DNA of 64,000 bases. Source: Bacteroidales bacterium. Its GTDB lineage: Bacteria; Bacteroidota; Bacteroidia; Bacteroidales; B18-G4. Position numbers and translations under genes: made by a program. The notes under the pieces were generated by a model. The model ran no database searches and was not told the DNA's origin. It saw only the letters and a list, made by a program, of their open reading frames with translations. Positions 39,018 through 47,485 of this stretch are shown piece after piece. The DNA is taken from contig JAVVEM010000006.1 in NCBI GenBank assembly GCA_032250805.1, positions 15,395-79,394 of the forward strand, written 5' to 3'. How positions within the stretch are numbered: position 1 is the first letter of the stretch; every line of letters starts with the position of its first letter.

Positions 39018-39904
39018 TAAATATTGTTATTCAGAAAATTAAAGCTTTTTTTCAGACTTTCAAAACCATCTCCCTCTATTTCATCCTGTTCAACAAAAAA
39101 TTCTTTCATTCCCGAAACCGATGCGTATTCAAAAAGGGTTTTATAATCAATCACCCCACTCCCCACTTCAGTCATTTTTTTTGACTTTCCTGCGGCCATA
39201 TCCTTTACATGCCATAGTGCAAAGCGTCCGGGATATTTTTCGAAAAGGGCAATGGGATCCTTGCCGGCATACACGATCCAGTAGAGATCAATTTGCATGA
39301 ATACATATGCGGGATCGGTTGATTCAAGGAGGAGATCATACGGAATCTTCCCTTCAATGGGATAAAATTCAAAATCATGGTTGTGGTATCCGAAGTTGAG
39401 ATCGTTCTCCCTGCATATCATGCCAATCGTATTGAATTTTTCGGCCAGGGTTTTATAGTTGTCAATTGTTGTGCGTTCTTCAGTGCCGATCCAGGGCCAT
39501 ACGATGTAGGGTATACCTGCCTCTCTGTGAGCATTTACTGCCACAGCTATTTCCGAATCCTTAAATGTCGCGTGGGAACTGATCGCTTTCATTCCGTATT
39601 TTTCAACCAGTTTTCTGAAATCAGCAGGCTTAAGGCCATAAAACATTCCATTACTGTAACTGGCTGCCTCAACATTTTTATAGCCGATAGCAGCAATTTT
39701 TTCAAGGCTTCCTTCAAGGTCTTGTGCTATTTCGTCGCGCAAACTATAGAGTTGAAGGCCAATGTGTTTTTTTGATGATATGCCGGCAAGTACAAACTCA
39801 GGCATAAGCATACCGGCCATTATACCGGCAGATGTTGTTTGAATAAATTTCCTTCGCTCCATTTTTGACGATATAAAATTAAATGATCTTTTCATTTTCG
39901 GCAT
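39017..39904 (-). CDS. Tat-exported xylose-isomerase-like TIM-barrel protein (sugar phosphate isomerase/epimerase family)
   Basis: Twin-arginine signal ERRKFIQTTSAG. AP-endonuclease-2/TIM-barrel blocks (YHNHDFEF, WHVKD, VEQD). The true start may be the ATG at 39862 (MERRKF). Confidence 0.8.
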   Translation of the reverse strand: MPKMKRSFNFISSKMERRKFIQTTSAGIMAGMLMPEFVLAGISSKKHIGLQLYSLRDEIAQDLEGSLEKIAAIGYKNVEAASYSNGMFYGLKPADFRKLVEKYGMKAISSHATFKDSEIAVAVNAHREAGIPYIVWPWIGTEERTTIDNYKTLAEKFNTIGMICRENDLNFGYHNHDFEFYPIEGKIPYDLLLESTDPAYVFMQIDLYWIVYAGKDPIALFEKYPGRFALWHVKDMAAGKSKKMTEVGSGVIDYKTLFEYASVSGMKEFFVEQDEIEGDGFESLKKSFNFLNNNI

Positions 39905-41408
39905 CCCAGAACACCTTGCGGTTTTCTTTCAGGGCGATCGTTCCCATATGGGCTGCCATCGCCTCTTCAAAGCCCTGGTCGATATTGCAAGCGGGTTGTC
40001 CGCCATTACGGATACAGTTAAGCCAGTCTTTGATGTGCAGATGTGTAGGGTCGACCCTCTTGCCACCGCGATATGTGTACAGAAGCCCCCGGCCGGCAAA
40101 ATATTGTTCTGTCGGGGATGTAATTGCATCCACGTTTTTCATTCCGGGCGAATATATAAAGAGCGGAAGGTCGGGGTCGATGATCCCCTCCCTGATCTTG
40201 TCGCTGTAGCGTGTCGACCTCCGGTCGGCTTTAATAACCAGGTCATTGCCCAGTTCCATGGAGGCATCATGCCCCATGATCACACGGCCCCGCTTGCGGT
40301 CATTGGCCAGGGTGGCGCTGTATACCATGCTCAGGTCTTTCCCGGGGTATTCATAAACCGTATGCAATACATCGGGCACTGTACGTCCGTCCTTGAAAAA
40401 ATATATGCCTCCGCTCGATATGGCCGAATGCGGTATGCCGAGCCCGAGTATCTGGTTCATGGCATCAAACTCATGGGTAAGCAGATCACCTGAAAGGCCG
40501 GTGCTGTAGTCCCACCAGCATCTCCACCTGAAAAATCGCTCCAGGCTGAACGGGTGATCGGGTGCCGGCCCGAGAAATTGTTTCCAGTCGATGGTTTGTT
40601 CATTTGCTTCTTCATGGATAGGATACACCCATGCGCCATTGGGATCGTTTCTGTTGGTGGTAACTTCGATAAGGGTGATCTTGCCCAGCAATCCCTTTTC
40701 AATGGCTTCACGGGCCTTAAAATAACTTTCGGTTTGCCTGCCCTGGTGGCCCAGCTGAAAGACAATATTATTTTCCTTAACGGCTTTCCTTACTTCGTAG
40801 GTTTCTTCAACGGTCCAGGTCATGGGTTTTTCGGCATATACATGCTTCCCTGCCCGGGCGGCGGCAATGGTCATGGGGCCATGCCAGTGATCAGGAGTGG
40901 CAATGATCACCGCGTCAATATCGTCGGCATGGATAAGATCGAGGTAGTTATTGTAGCGCCGGGGCAGGCTTCCCAAAGCGGCACCCGCTCCTTCCCTGTT
41001 GATATTGGCTGCTGCCTCCTGTGCCATATTTCCATAGGGGTCAAAAATATCGCATACGCCATTAAGTTCCACATTCAGATCTTCCTGTTCAAGGAAATTC
41101 CTATAGCGGTTGTCGCTGGCATTTTCCGAAGCACCACGGATCCAATCGTCGATCAGCTCAGGGTGGGCAAAACCGGCTGCACGCGCCAGTTGCTTTCCCC
41201 TGATGCCATAACCGATCAAACCCAGCCGTATTTTTTTATCCATAGGGCCTGTTGCAGGCAGGTCGGGTGCGGTGGCTTTGAGCTTTATCTCTCCCTGTAT
41301 ATTGCGTTTAATGTATTTATCGTGCGTTTGTTTTTGCAGCCATGAATAGGCAAAAACACCCAATACGGGAACGGTGGCCAGGCCTTTTAGCAGATCTCTT
41401 CTCTTCAT
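39879..41408 (-). CDS. Tat-exported Gfo/Idh/MocA-family oxidoreductase
   Basis: 509 aa. Twin-arginine signal MKRRDLLKGLATVPV. Rossmann block LGLIGYGIRG...ATPDHWHG..GKHVYAEKP. Confidence 0.85.
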   Translation of the reverse strand: MKRRDLLKGLATVPVLGVFAYSWLQKQTHDKYIKRNIQGEIKLKATAPDLPATGPMDKKIRLGLIGYGIRGKQLARAAGFAHPELIDDWIRGASENASDNRYRNFLEQEDLNVELNGVCDIFDPYGNMAQEAAANINREGAGAALGSLPRRYNNYLDLIHADDIDAVIIATPDHWHGPMTIAAARAGKHVYAEKPMTWTVEETYEVRKAVKENNIVFQLGHQGRQTESYFKAREAIEKGLLGKITLIEVTTNRNDPNGAWVYPIHEEANEQTIDWKQFLGPAPDHPFSLERFFRWRCWWDYSTGLSGDLLTHEFDAMNQILGLGIPHSAISSGGIYFFKDGRTVPDVLHTVYEYPGKDLSMVYSATLANDRKRGRVIMGHDASMELGNDLVIKADRRSTRYSDKIREGIIDPDLPLFIYSPGMKNVDAITSPTEQYFAGRGLLYTYRGGKRVDPTHLHIKDWLNCIRNGGQPACNIDQGFEEAMAAHMGTIALKENRKVFWDAENEKII

Positions 41409-41872
41409 TTTCTTTTAAAAATTAAACGGTCTATGCCAATATATTTGCTGCTTGGGAACACATAAAGTACTGCCATGGCAATTAATTCGATCAGTGTTTT
41501 ATTTACCACCAGATAACTTCCTTCGGTGGGTACGGCATATCTGATTCCCACAAATGGGGGATGCGACAGATAATATAATGCCAGCAAAGCAATTCCGCTG
41601 ATGATGGCAGGCCGGGCCAGCATGCCCAGTATAAGGCTCAGCCCGATCAGGATCAGGCCCCATATATTCAGCCAGTCGATGATATTTACTTTTGCCGGGT
41701 CCGAAGCCAGGCTGTGGAAGAAGTCCTTCATGAATCCTCCCGAATCAAGCAGAAAGCCCGCACTGCTCCAGTTGGGATTCAATAATTTTGCCAACCCCTC
41801 GTAAAGAAAATGCCATCCAATGGCAAGCCTCAGGATCACCAGCCAGCCGATCTGCGCATTGCTGTATGTCAT
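41405..41872 (-). CDS. DoxX-family membrane protein
   Basis: 155 aa with four TM helices. The N-terminal motif ILRLAIGWHFLYEGLAKL is typical of DoxX. Confidence 0.7.
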   Translation of the reverse strand: MTYSNAQIGWLVILRLAIGWHFLYEGLAKLLNPNWSSAGFLLDSGGFMKDFFHSLASDPAKVNIIDWLNIWGLILIGLSLILGMLARPAIISGIALLALYYLSHPPFVGIRYAVPTEGSYLVVNKTLIELIAMAVLYVFPSSKYIGIDRLIFKRK

Positions 41873-41873
41873 C

Positions 41874-43151
41874 TTATTTGTTGTTTATTTCGTGTAAATA
41901 AATATCTTTCCAGCGTATTTTTATTCCTCCTCCGTCGTGGATTTGCAGGGCCACGGCTCCTGTGGCTTCACCAATCAGGCTGTCCCTGAGATCAGTCATC
42001 ATTTGACCGTTGAGCCAGGTCATCACACGGTCGCCTTCCACCCTGATATGCATTTCGTTCCATTCACCCATTTTAAGGATATTTTCCTTTTCTTCGGGGA
42101 TCTCATAAAGCCAGCCCCTCCCGTATGACTCATAAATCCCGCCGGCATTGTTTCCGGGAGGTGCTACTTCAACCTGCCATCCTTTTATTTTTATACCATC
42201 AATTGATGAACGGAAGAAAACCCCCGAATTGCCATTGTCTTGCTGCAGAAATTTGAGCCTGAGGACAAAATCCTTATACTCATCTTCAGTTACCAGGTAA
42301 CCATATTGCTTATCAGCTCCGCTTTCACATATGAGCTTATTATTTTCGACATACCATTTCTCTGTGCCGTGGATCTTCCAACCATCCAGGTTTTCACCGT
42401 TAAAAACAAGCTTTCCCTTTTCGGTCAGATCAAGAACTTTAATGTTTCTGAATTTGGCAGGACTGCCGTGGTCCTGCAGGCCGATATGTCCTTTAACGGC
42501 AAGGCCATAGGCCGGGTAATCTTTCCATTTGGATTCGGAAACACGTTTTTTCCAATCCTCATCCCAAAGTTGGTATTCAACAATTTTTTGGCCATTGAGC
42601 CAGTGGGTCACGTGGCCATCTTTTACCCTTATCTCAGAATGGTTCCACCCGCCTGCGGGCCTGATGATCTTTTTGGTGCTATCGGCATTATGCAGTGCAT
42701 AATTGGCACCTGTTTGCTGCCATTTTTCCAATGGATATTCAAAGCCAATATCATCAATTAACTGATATTCGGGCCCGGTAGCATATATGGTTGGATAATT
42801 GTTTTCAATTACATTGAAAAAAATGCCACTGTTGCCACCTTCAGAGATGTTCCATTCAAGGCTTAAATGAAAATCTTCAAACACTTCTTTGGTGATAATA
42901 TCCCCCCCAAGGTCGCCTCCTTTGCCGGTGGTAACCAGCATGTTGTTTTCTGCTTTCCACCCATCCGGAAGGCTGTCTTTTTTAAAGCCTCTCCAGGCGG
43001 TTAAGTCATGACCGTCGAACAGACTGATCCATTCTTTGCTTTCATCTTTATCCTGCTTCATTTCTTTTGAATCCAGGCTGCAGGATGAAATCATAAGTTC
43101 TGAAAAAACAGTAATAACTATAAATATTACCGCATACCGGGCTTGTTTCAT
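41874..43151 (-). CDS. tandem DUF1080 (3-keto-disaccharide hydrolase family) lipoprotein
   Basis: 425 aa. Lipobox MISSC. Two complete DUF1080 units (F.LSLEWNISEGGNSGIF...LQDHGSPAKFRNIKV and F.LRLKF...GNSGVFF...LQIHDGGGIKIRWKDI). Confidence 0.8.
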   Translation of the reverse strand: MKQARYAVIFIVITVFSELMISSCSLDSKEMKQDKDESKEWISLFDGHDLTAWRGFKKDSLPDGWKAENNMLVTTGKGGDLGGDIITKEVFEDFHLSLEWNISEGGNSGIFFNVIENNYPTIYATGPEYQLIDDIGFEYPLEKWQQTGANYALHNADSTKKIIRPAGGWNHSEIRVKDGHVTHWLNGQKIVEYQLWDEDWKKRVSESKWKDYPAYGLAVKGHIGLQDHGSPAKFRNIKVLDLTEKGKLVFNGENLDGWKIHGTEKWYVENNKLICESGADKQYGYLVTEDEYKDFVLRLKFLQQDNGNSGVFFRSSIDGIKIKGWQVEVAPPGNNAGGIYESYGRGWLYEIPEEKENILKMGEWNEMHIRVEGDRVMTWLNGQMMTDLRDSLIGEATGAVALQIHDGGGIKIRWKDIYLHEINNK

Positions 43152-43309
43152 GGTGGATAATTTTAATTAACGGGTCGTAAATTTATAAAAGATGGCATGC
43201 AAAACAAAAGAAAATAGCGTATTGCTATAAATATTCCATTTATTTGTTTCAGGCGACATTCGGTGTAATGAAATTAATATTATGTACATTTGAATTGCAT
43301 GTTCTGAAA

Positions 43310-43317
43310 TATTTTTG
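43310..43317 (+). promoter_or_regulatory. candidate -7 promoter box (TATTTTTG)
   Basis: Exact TAnnTTTG match, 38 nt upstream of the ATG at 43356. Confidence 0.3.
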
Positions 43318-43355
43318 TAATTTTAAGCCAATTGAAATATTAACTAACCCTACAA

Positions 43356-44402
43356 ATGATGAAAAAATTATTACGATTTTTAAGTGTGCTGGCTGTACTT
43401 TCTTTTTTTATTGGCAACCAGCTTTCGGCACAAACGATCTTGTGCGTCGACAGGGATTTTGATGATACCGGCCTTGTTTTTACCGATACCTGGCCCATGA
43501 TACAGGAAGCCCTTGATGCCAACGGATACGAATATGAATACTGGGAAGTGTTGGAACCTTCAGACGATGGTCCCGACGCCGACTATATGGGCAATTTTGA
43601 TATCGTTATATGGTTTACAGGTGAGGCCTGGACTGATGGTCAAACCATGGGCGAAAATGATGAATTTAACCTGCTGCTGTATTTGAATGTGGGAGGAGGA
43701 AAACTGTTTATGAATGCCCAGGATTATTTGTATGACAGGTATCCGGATGCGGGCACATTCAATGAAGGTGAATTCCCGCGCGATCAGCTTGGTATTATTG
43801 AAGTTGTGCAGGATGTGTACCACATTGAGGAGGGTGGATTAGCTGATTCTGCCAGTTTTGTCGGTTCTCCCGGATCACTTGCGGAAGGCCTGGAATTCAG
43901 GGTTGCTGACATCTTTAATTTATCGACAGATGACGGCCTCTACGGAGATAGTATTGCCGAACACATGGGTCAGAATATGCTGGGAATAATCAATCCCTAT
44001 ATTTCTGAGGGCCCTGCCGCCATACAGTATGAAACCGCTACATTCAGATCAGTATTTACAACAATCGATATTGCTTCAGTTCAGAATATTGAGGCAAGGG
44101 ATACATGGATGTACAGGATCGTCGACTGGCTCATGTATGGCAGCCAGGGCATCAGCGATTTACAGCCTGGCGATGTGGATCTGCTGATCAATCCCAATCC
44201 GGTGCGCGATATCGTAAATATTGGCATGATGGAGAAAATGGAAGAGATTTTTATATACAATAGCCAGGGTCAGCTGATGGTATATGAAAAAATAAACAAG
44301 GGCACAACGAGGATGGATCTTGGCAGCCTGCCGGCCGGCATGTATATCCTTAAAGTTAAAACAGCCAAAGGCCTGGTAACAGATAAAATAATGAAGCAAT
44401 AG
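43356..44402 (+). CDS. secreted protein of unknown function with T9SS type-A C-terminal sorting domain
   Basis: 348 aa with a signal peptide. The C-terminal ~80 aa (INPNPVRDIVNI...IYNSQGQLM...LPAGMYILKVKT..G) match the Por secretion tail pattern. The N-domain is unrecognised, with flavodoxin/GATase-like alternation. Confidence 0.6.
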   Translation: MMKKLLRFLSVLAVLSFFIGNQLSAQTILCVDRDFDDTGLVFTDTWPMIQEALDANGYEYEYWEVLEPSDDGPDADYMGNFDIVIWFTGEAWTDGQTMGENDEFNLLLYLNVGGGKLFMNAQDYLYDRYPDAGTFNEGEFPRDQLGIIEVVQDVYHIEEGGLADSASFVGSPGSLAEGLEFRVADIFNLSTDDGLYGDSIAEHMGQNMLGIINPYISEGPAAIQYETATFRSVFTTIDIASVQNIEARDTWMYRIVDWLMYGSQGISDLQPGDVDLLINPNPVRDIVNIGMMEKMEEIFIYNSQGQLMVYEKINKGTTRMDLGSLPAGMYILKVKTAKGLVTDKIMKQ

Positions 44403-44467
44403 CAACACGATACATTGATAATGTGATACTTGCGAAGAAAGAATAAGCCTCAGGCATTTCTTTGAAC

Positions 44468-44516
44468 AGCCCTTTTTATCGTAAAAGATGATCCATTACG
44501 ATAGAAAGGGCTTTTT
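44468..44516 (+). terminator. strong intrinsic terminator
   Basis: 17-bp stem AGCCCTTTTTATCGTAA / TTACGATAGAAAGGGCT with one mismatch and an 11-nt loop, followed by TTTTT. Confidence 0.65.
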
Positions 44517-44534
44517 AGGTAAGCCATTCCTCTT

Positions 44535-44542
44535 TACCTTTG
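44535..44542 (+). promoter_or_regulatory. candidate -7 promoter box (TACCTTTG)
   Basis: Exact TAnnTTTG match, 21 nt upstream of the ATG at 44564. Confidence 0.4.
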
Positions 44543-44563
44543 CACGGCATAAACCAAATTAAC

Positions 44564-47281
44564 ATGATAAATAAAAAATATTTTACAGCCATTGGCATCA
44601 CGATATTAGTCTTTGCCACAATACTGATCCTTATTCAGGATAAACAGCCCGGTCCACGCGAAAAATACGAACAATATTTGCACCGGCAATTTGCAATGAT
44701 CCCGGAAGATATTGAACAACAGGCCGCGGGCGAAAACCGCCCCGACCGCCCGGATCTGGCTGCCATTCAGAATTATTTCAACACCGTTGATCCGGCCCTT
44801 GGAAGGGTTCCCCGCGAGCGGCTGAAGAGTGCCTGGGAGTATACCCGCACACTTCAGCATTCCTCCCTGCGCAGTACCGGTAACCTCAGCTGGACTACTG
44901 CAGGATCTGATATGGGTGGCCGAACGAGGGCCATTATGTACGATCCCAACGATCCCTCGGGCAATAAAGTATGGGCCGGAGCAGTGACCGGAGGATTATG
45001 GTACAATGATGATATTAGCGATGCCCAGAGCGCCTGGGTCGTGGTGAATGATTTTTTCCCGAACCTCGCGATCAGTTGCCTTGTGAGCGATCCCAACAAT
45101 TCGCAGATATTTTATGCCGGAACGGGAGAAGCCGAGACTGCCAGGGTGATCTACCGTGAATCATCAGGTGTGGGAATGGGCATCATAAAATCAACTGATG
45201 GCGGCGAAAACTGGGATTTTATTCCGTCAACAGAGCAATTTAAATATGTTACCGATATACAGATCCGTGATGAAAATGGCAGCAGTGTGATCTATGCTGC
45301 CGTGGCTTCGGGCTTTTATAAAGGTGTAACCCATCAGAGCGAACCTGAAAATGGATTGTTCCGGTCGGAAGATGGCGGCGAAAACTGGGAGCAGGTGCTT
45401 CCCAATATTCCGGGTCTTGATGAGCCCTATGCAGTATCCGATATTAAGATCCAGGGTGATGGGCGTATTTATGTTGGCAGTATGGAAACGCCGGAACTCA
45501 AAGGCGGAGCCACCATTTTTTATTCCGATCTGGGTACCGCCGGCAGCTGGACAGTATATGACAATATAAAAAATATGATCCAGGGACAAGCGTATGAAAA
45601 GATCCCCGGACGGGTAATCCTGGCAGCCTCGCCCTCGGCTGATTCAATCCTGTATGCCCTCTTTGCCGTAGGATATGAAGACGGCTTTGTATATTATAAA
45701 GGCCGGTATATTTACCGTACTACTGATCGCGGGCAATCGTGGCAGCAAATTAATCTTCCTGATTATGATTACGCTACACTGGCCTGGCATGCCCTTATTG
45801 GTGCTGTCGATCCAACAGACCCAAGCCATTTGTATGTTGGGGGTTTGGATGTATGGTCGAGTTTTAATGGCGGTGCGTCCTGGCAGCAGCAGTCAAACTG
45901 GGCATTGATGTATTATGGCGGAGGTGATGACTATGTTCATGCCGACCAGCATGTGCAGTTGTATAAAGAAGGCTCGGCAAATGAAATTCTTTTTGGAAGC
46001 GATGGAGGTATTTTTTATACTGCGAATGCGTCTTCAGCAAATCCTGTTTTTGAAGAACGGAACAAAAATTTCAGCACCCTGCAGTTCTATACCTGCGCCA
46101 TTTCTCCCATTGCAGGCGATGATCGTTTTATTGGCGGATTACAGGATAACGGCACCCTGTACTTTCAGGGCGATCCGCTTGATATCAACGACATGATCGA
46201 TGGTGGCGACGGCGCCTATTGTTTCTGGGATAAAAATGAACCTGAAATATTCATCACCTCATACTACTACAACAGGTATACCATACATTTGAATGGTTTT
46301 CCATACCAGAATGCAGGTCAGGAAAGTGGAACATTTATCAGCCCGGCCGATTACGATTCTGAATTGAATATACTTTATGCCAATGCCTGCAGTTTCCAGG
46401 GGTTCAGAGCCGATCAGATCCTCCGGATCAAAAATATTCCCTATAATCCGAATAAAGATTTTGTTTATGTTGGTACGGGAGAAACCACCCCCTTCAGTTT
46501 TGTGAAGTACTCCCCGCATTCGGAAGAAAATACTTCAACATTATTCATAGGGGGGCAAACGGGACGGTTGTTTAAAGTTGAAAATGCGCAAGGAAGTCCA
46601 CAGACGACAGAAATTACCGGTCCGTCATTTCCGGTGGCATCTGTTTCGTCGGTTGCAATCGGCGGTTCGGAAGACAGTTTGTTGGTTACCTTTAGCAATT
46701 ATGGTGTTCCGTCGGTATGGCGGACTTATGATGGTGGCATAACATGGAAAAACATTGAAGCCAACCTTCCGGATATTCCGGTGCGTTATGCACTTTTTCA
46801 TCCCAATGATGCGAAACAGGCCATGCTGGCAACGGAACTTGGCATCTGGACCTGTAATCACCTTCACTTTACCGTACTTGAGTGGACCCCTGATGTAGAT
46901 GGAATAGCCAATGTACGGGTCGACATGCTTCAGCTCAGAGAATCCGACAATACTGTTATCGCTGCAACGCATGGGCGTGGAATGTATTCAACCACATGGA
47001 ATTCTGATCCGTGGGTTTCGGTCGACGAATTGCCTGCGCTGGAGGTTACGAATGTTTGGCCCAATCCGGTTAAGGACAGGCTGAACATTGAGCTGGGCGA
47101 CTTATCATCTCCCCACATCGACCTTAGCATAAGTGATATGCAGGGACAGGTACTATTTCAGCAAAAGATCGATGGGAATAAAAAACTGCATCAGATCTCT
47201 TTCAATGACTATCCGGCCGGAACCTATGTGCTCAATTTAAGCGACGGAGAAAAGAGATATTCAAGGAAGGTTATTCATTAG
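44564..47281 (+). CDS. BNR/Asp-box (sortilin/VPS10-like beta-propeller) protein with T9SS C-terminal sorting domain
   Basis: Five or more Asp-box motifs (STDGGENW, SEDGGENW, TTDRGQSW, SFNGGASW, TYDGGITW). C-terminal tail VWPNPVKDRLNIEL...MQGQVL...YPAGTYVLNL. Start set to the ATG at 44564 instead of the TTG at 44540. Confidence 0.7.
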   Translation: MINKKYFTAIGITILVFATILILIQDKQPGPREKYEQYLHRQFAMIPEDIEQQAAGENRPDRPDLAAIQNYFNTVDPALGRVPRERLKSAWEYTRTLQHSSLRSTGNLSWTTAGSDMGGRTRAIMYDPNDPSGNKVWAGAVTGGLWYNDDISDAQSAWVVVNDFFPNLAISCLVSDPNNSQIFYAGTGEAETARVIYRESSGVGMGIIKSTDGGENWDFIPSTEQFKYVTDIQIRDENGSSVIYAAVASGFYKGVTHQSEPENGLFRSEDGGENWEQVLPNIPGLDEPYAVSDIKIQGDGRIYVGSMETPELKGGATIFYSDLGTAGSWTVYDNIKNMIQGQAYEKIPGRVILAASPSADSILYALFAVGYEDGFVYYKGRYIYRTTDRGQSWQQINLPDYDYATLAWHALIGAVDPTDPSHLYVGGLDVWSSFNGGASWQQQSNWALMYYGGGDDYVHADQHVQLYKEGSANEILFGSDGGIFYTANASSANPVFEERNKNFSTLQFYTCAISPIAGDDRFIGGLQDNGTLYFQGDPLDINDMIDGGDGAYCFWDKNEPEIFITSYYYNRYTIHLNGFPYQNAGQESGTFISPADYDSELNILYANACSFQGFRADQILRIKNIPYNPNKDFVYVGTGETTPFSFVKYSPHSEENTSTLFIGGQTGRLFKVENAQGSPQTTEITGPSFPVASVSSVAIGGSEDSLLVTFSNYGVPSVWRTYDGGITWKNIEANLPDIPVRYALFHPNDAKQAMLATELGIWTCNHLHFTVLEWTPDVDGIANVRVDMLQLRESDNTVIAATHGRGMYSTTWNSDPWVSVDELPALEVTNVWPNPVKDRLNIELGDLSSPHIDLSISDMQGQVLFQQKIDGNKKLHQISFNDYPAGTYVLNLSDGEKRYSRKVIH

Positions 47282-47301
47282 GAAGAGATAAGAAATTTTA
47301 C

Positions 47302-47365
47302 TGAATGGTTTCAGTGCTTCAGTGTTTCAGTGCTTCAGTGTTAAATGGCTAAATGGTTAAATGGT
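47302..47365. repeat. eight contiguous phased octamers (1x TGAATGGT, 4x TTCAGTGY, 3x TAAATGGY)
   Basis: Read directly: tgaatggt ttcagtgc ttcagtgt ttcagtgc ttcagtgt taaatggc taaatggt taaatggt, with no spacer nucleotides. Confidence 0.85.
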
Positions 47366-47445
47366 TTTATTCAACTTTAGTTCACTTGTTTCCCTGATAA
47401 CAAATACCGGACACTGTATACTGTAACCCGGTATACATATAAAAG

Positions 47446-47484
47446 CAAGGCTGCCTTTATTTAATAAAAGACAGCCTTGTTTTA
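47446..47484. terminator. bidirectional terminator hairpin between convergent genes
   Basis: CAAGGCTG / CAGCCTTG 8-bp stem, with an A-run upstream and TTTTAT downstream. It lies between the stops at 47281 (+) and 47486 (-). Confidence 0.55.
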
Positions 47485-47485
47485 T

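Noticed and set aside
40554-41345. 263-aa plus-strand ORF inside the Tat-Gfo/Idh/MocA gene.
   Set aside because: It is antisense to a gene with a clear Rossmann motif and Tat signal. There is no independent support.
47302-47365. Considered whether the octamer array could be a CRISPR-like or other spaced-repeat array.
   Set aside because: The repeats are only 8 nt and directly abutting, with no spacers, and there are no cas genes. It is a simple tandem repeat.
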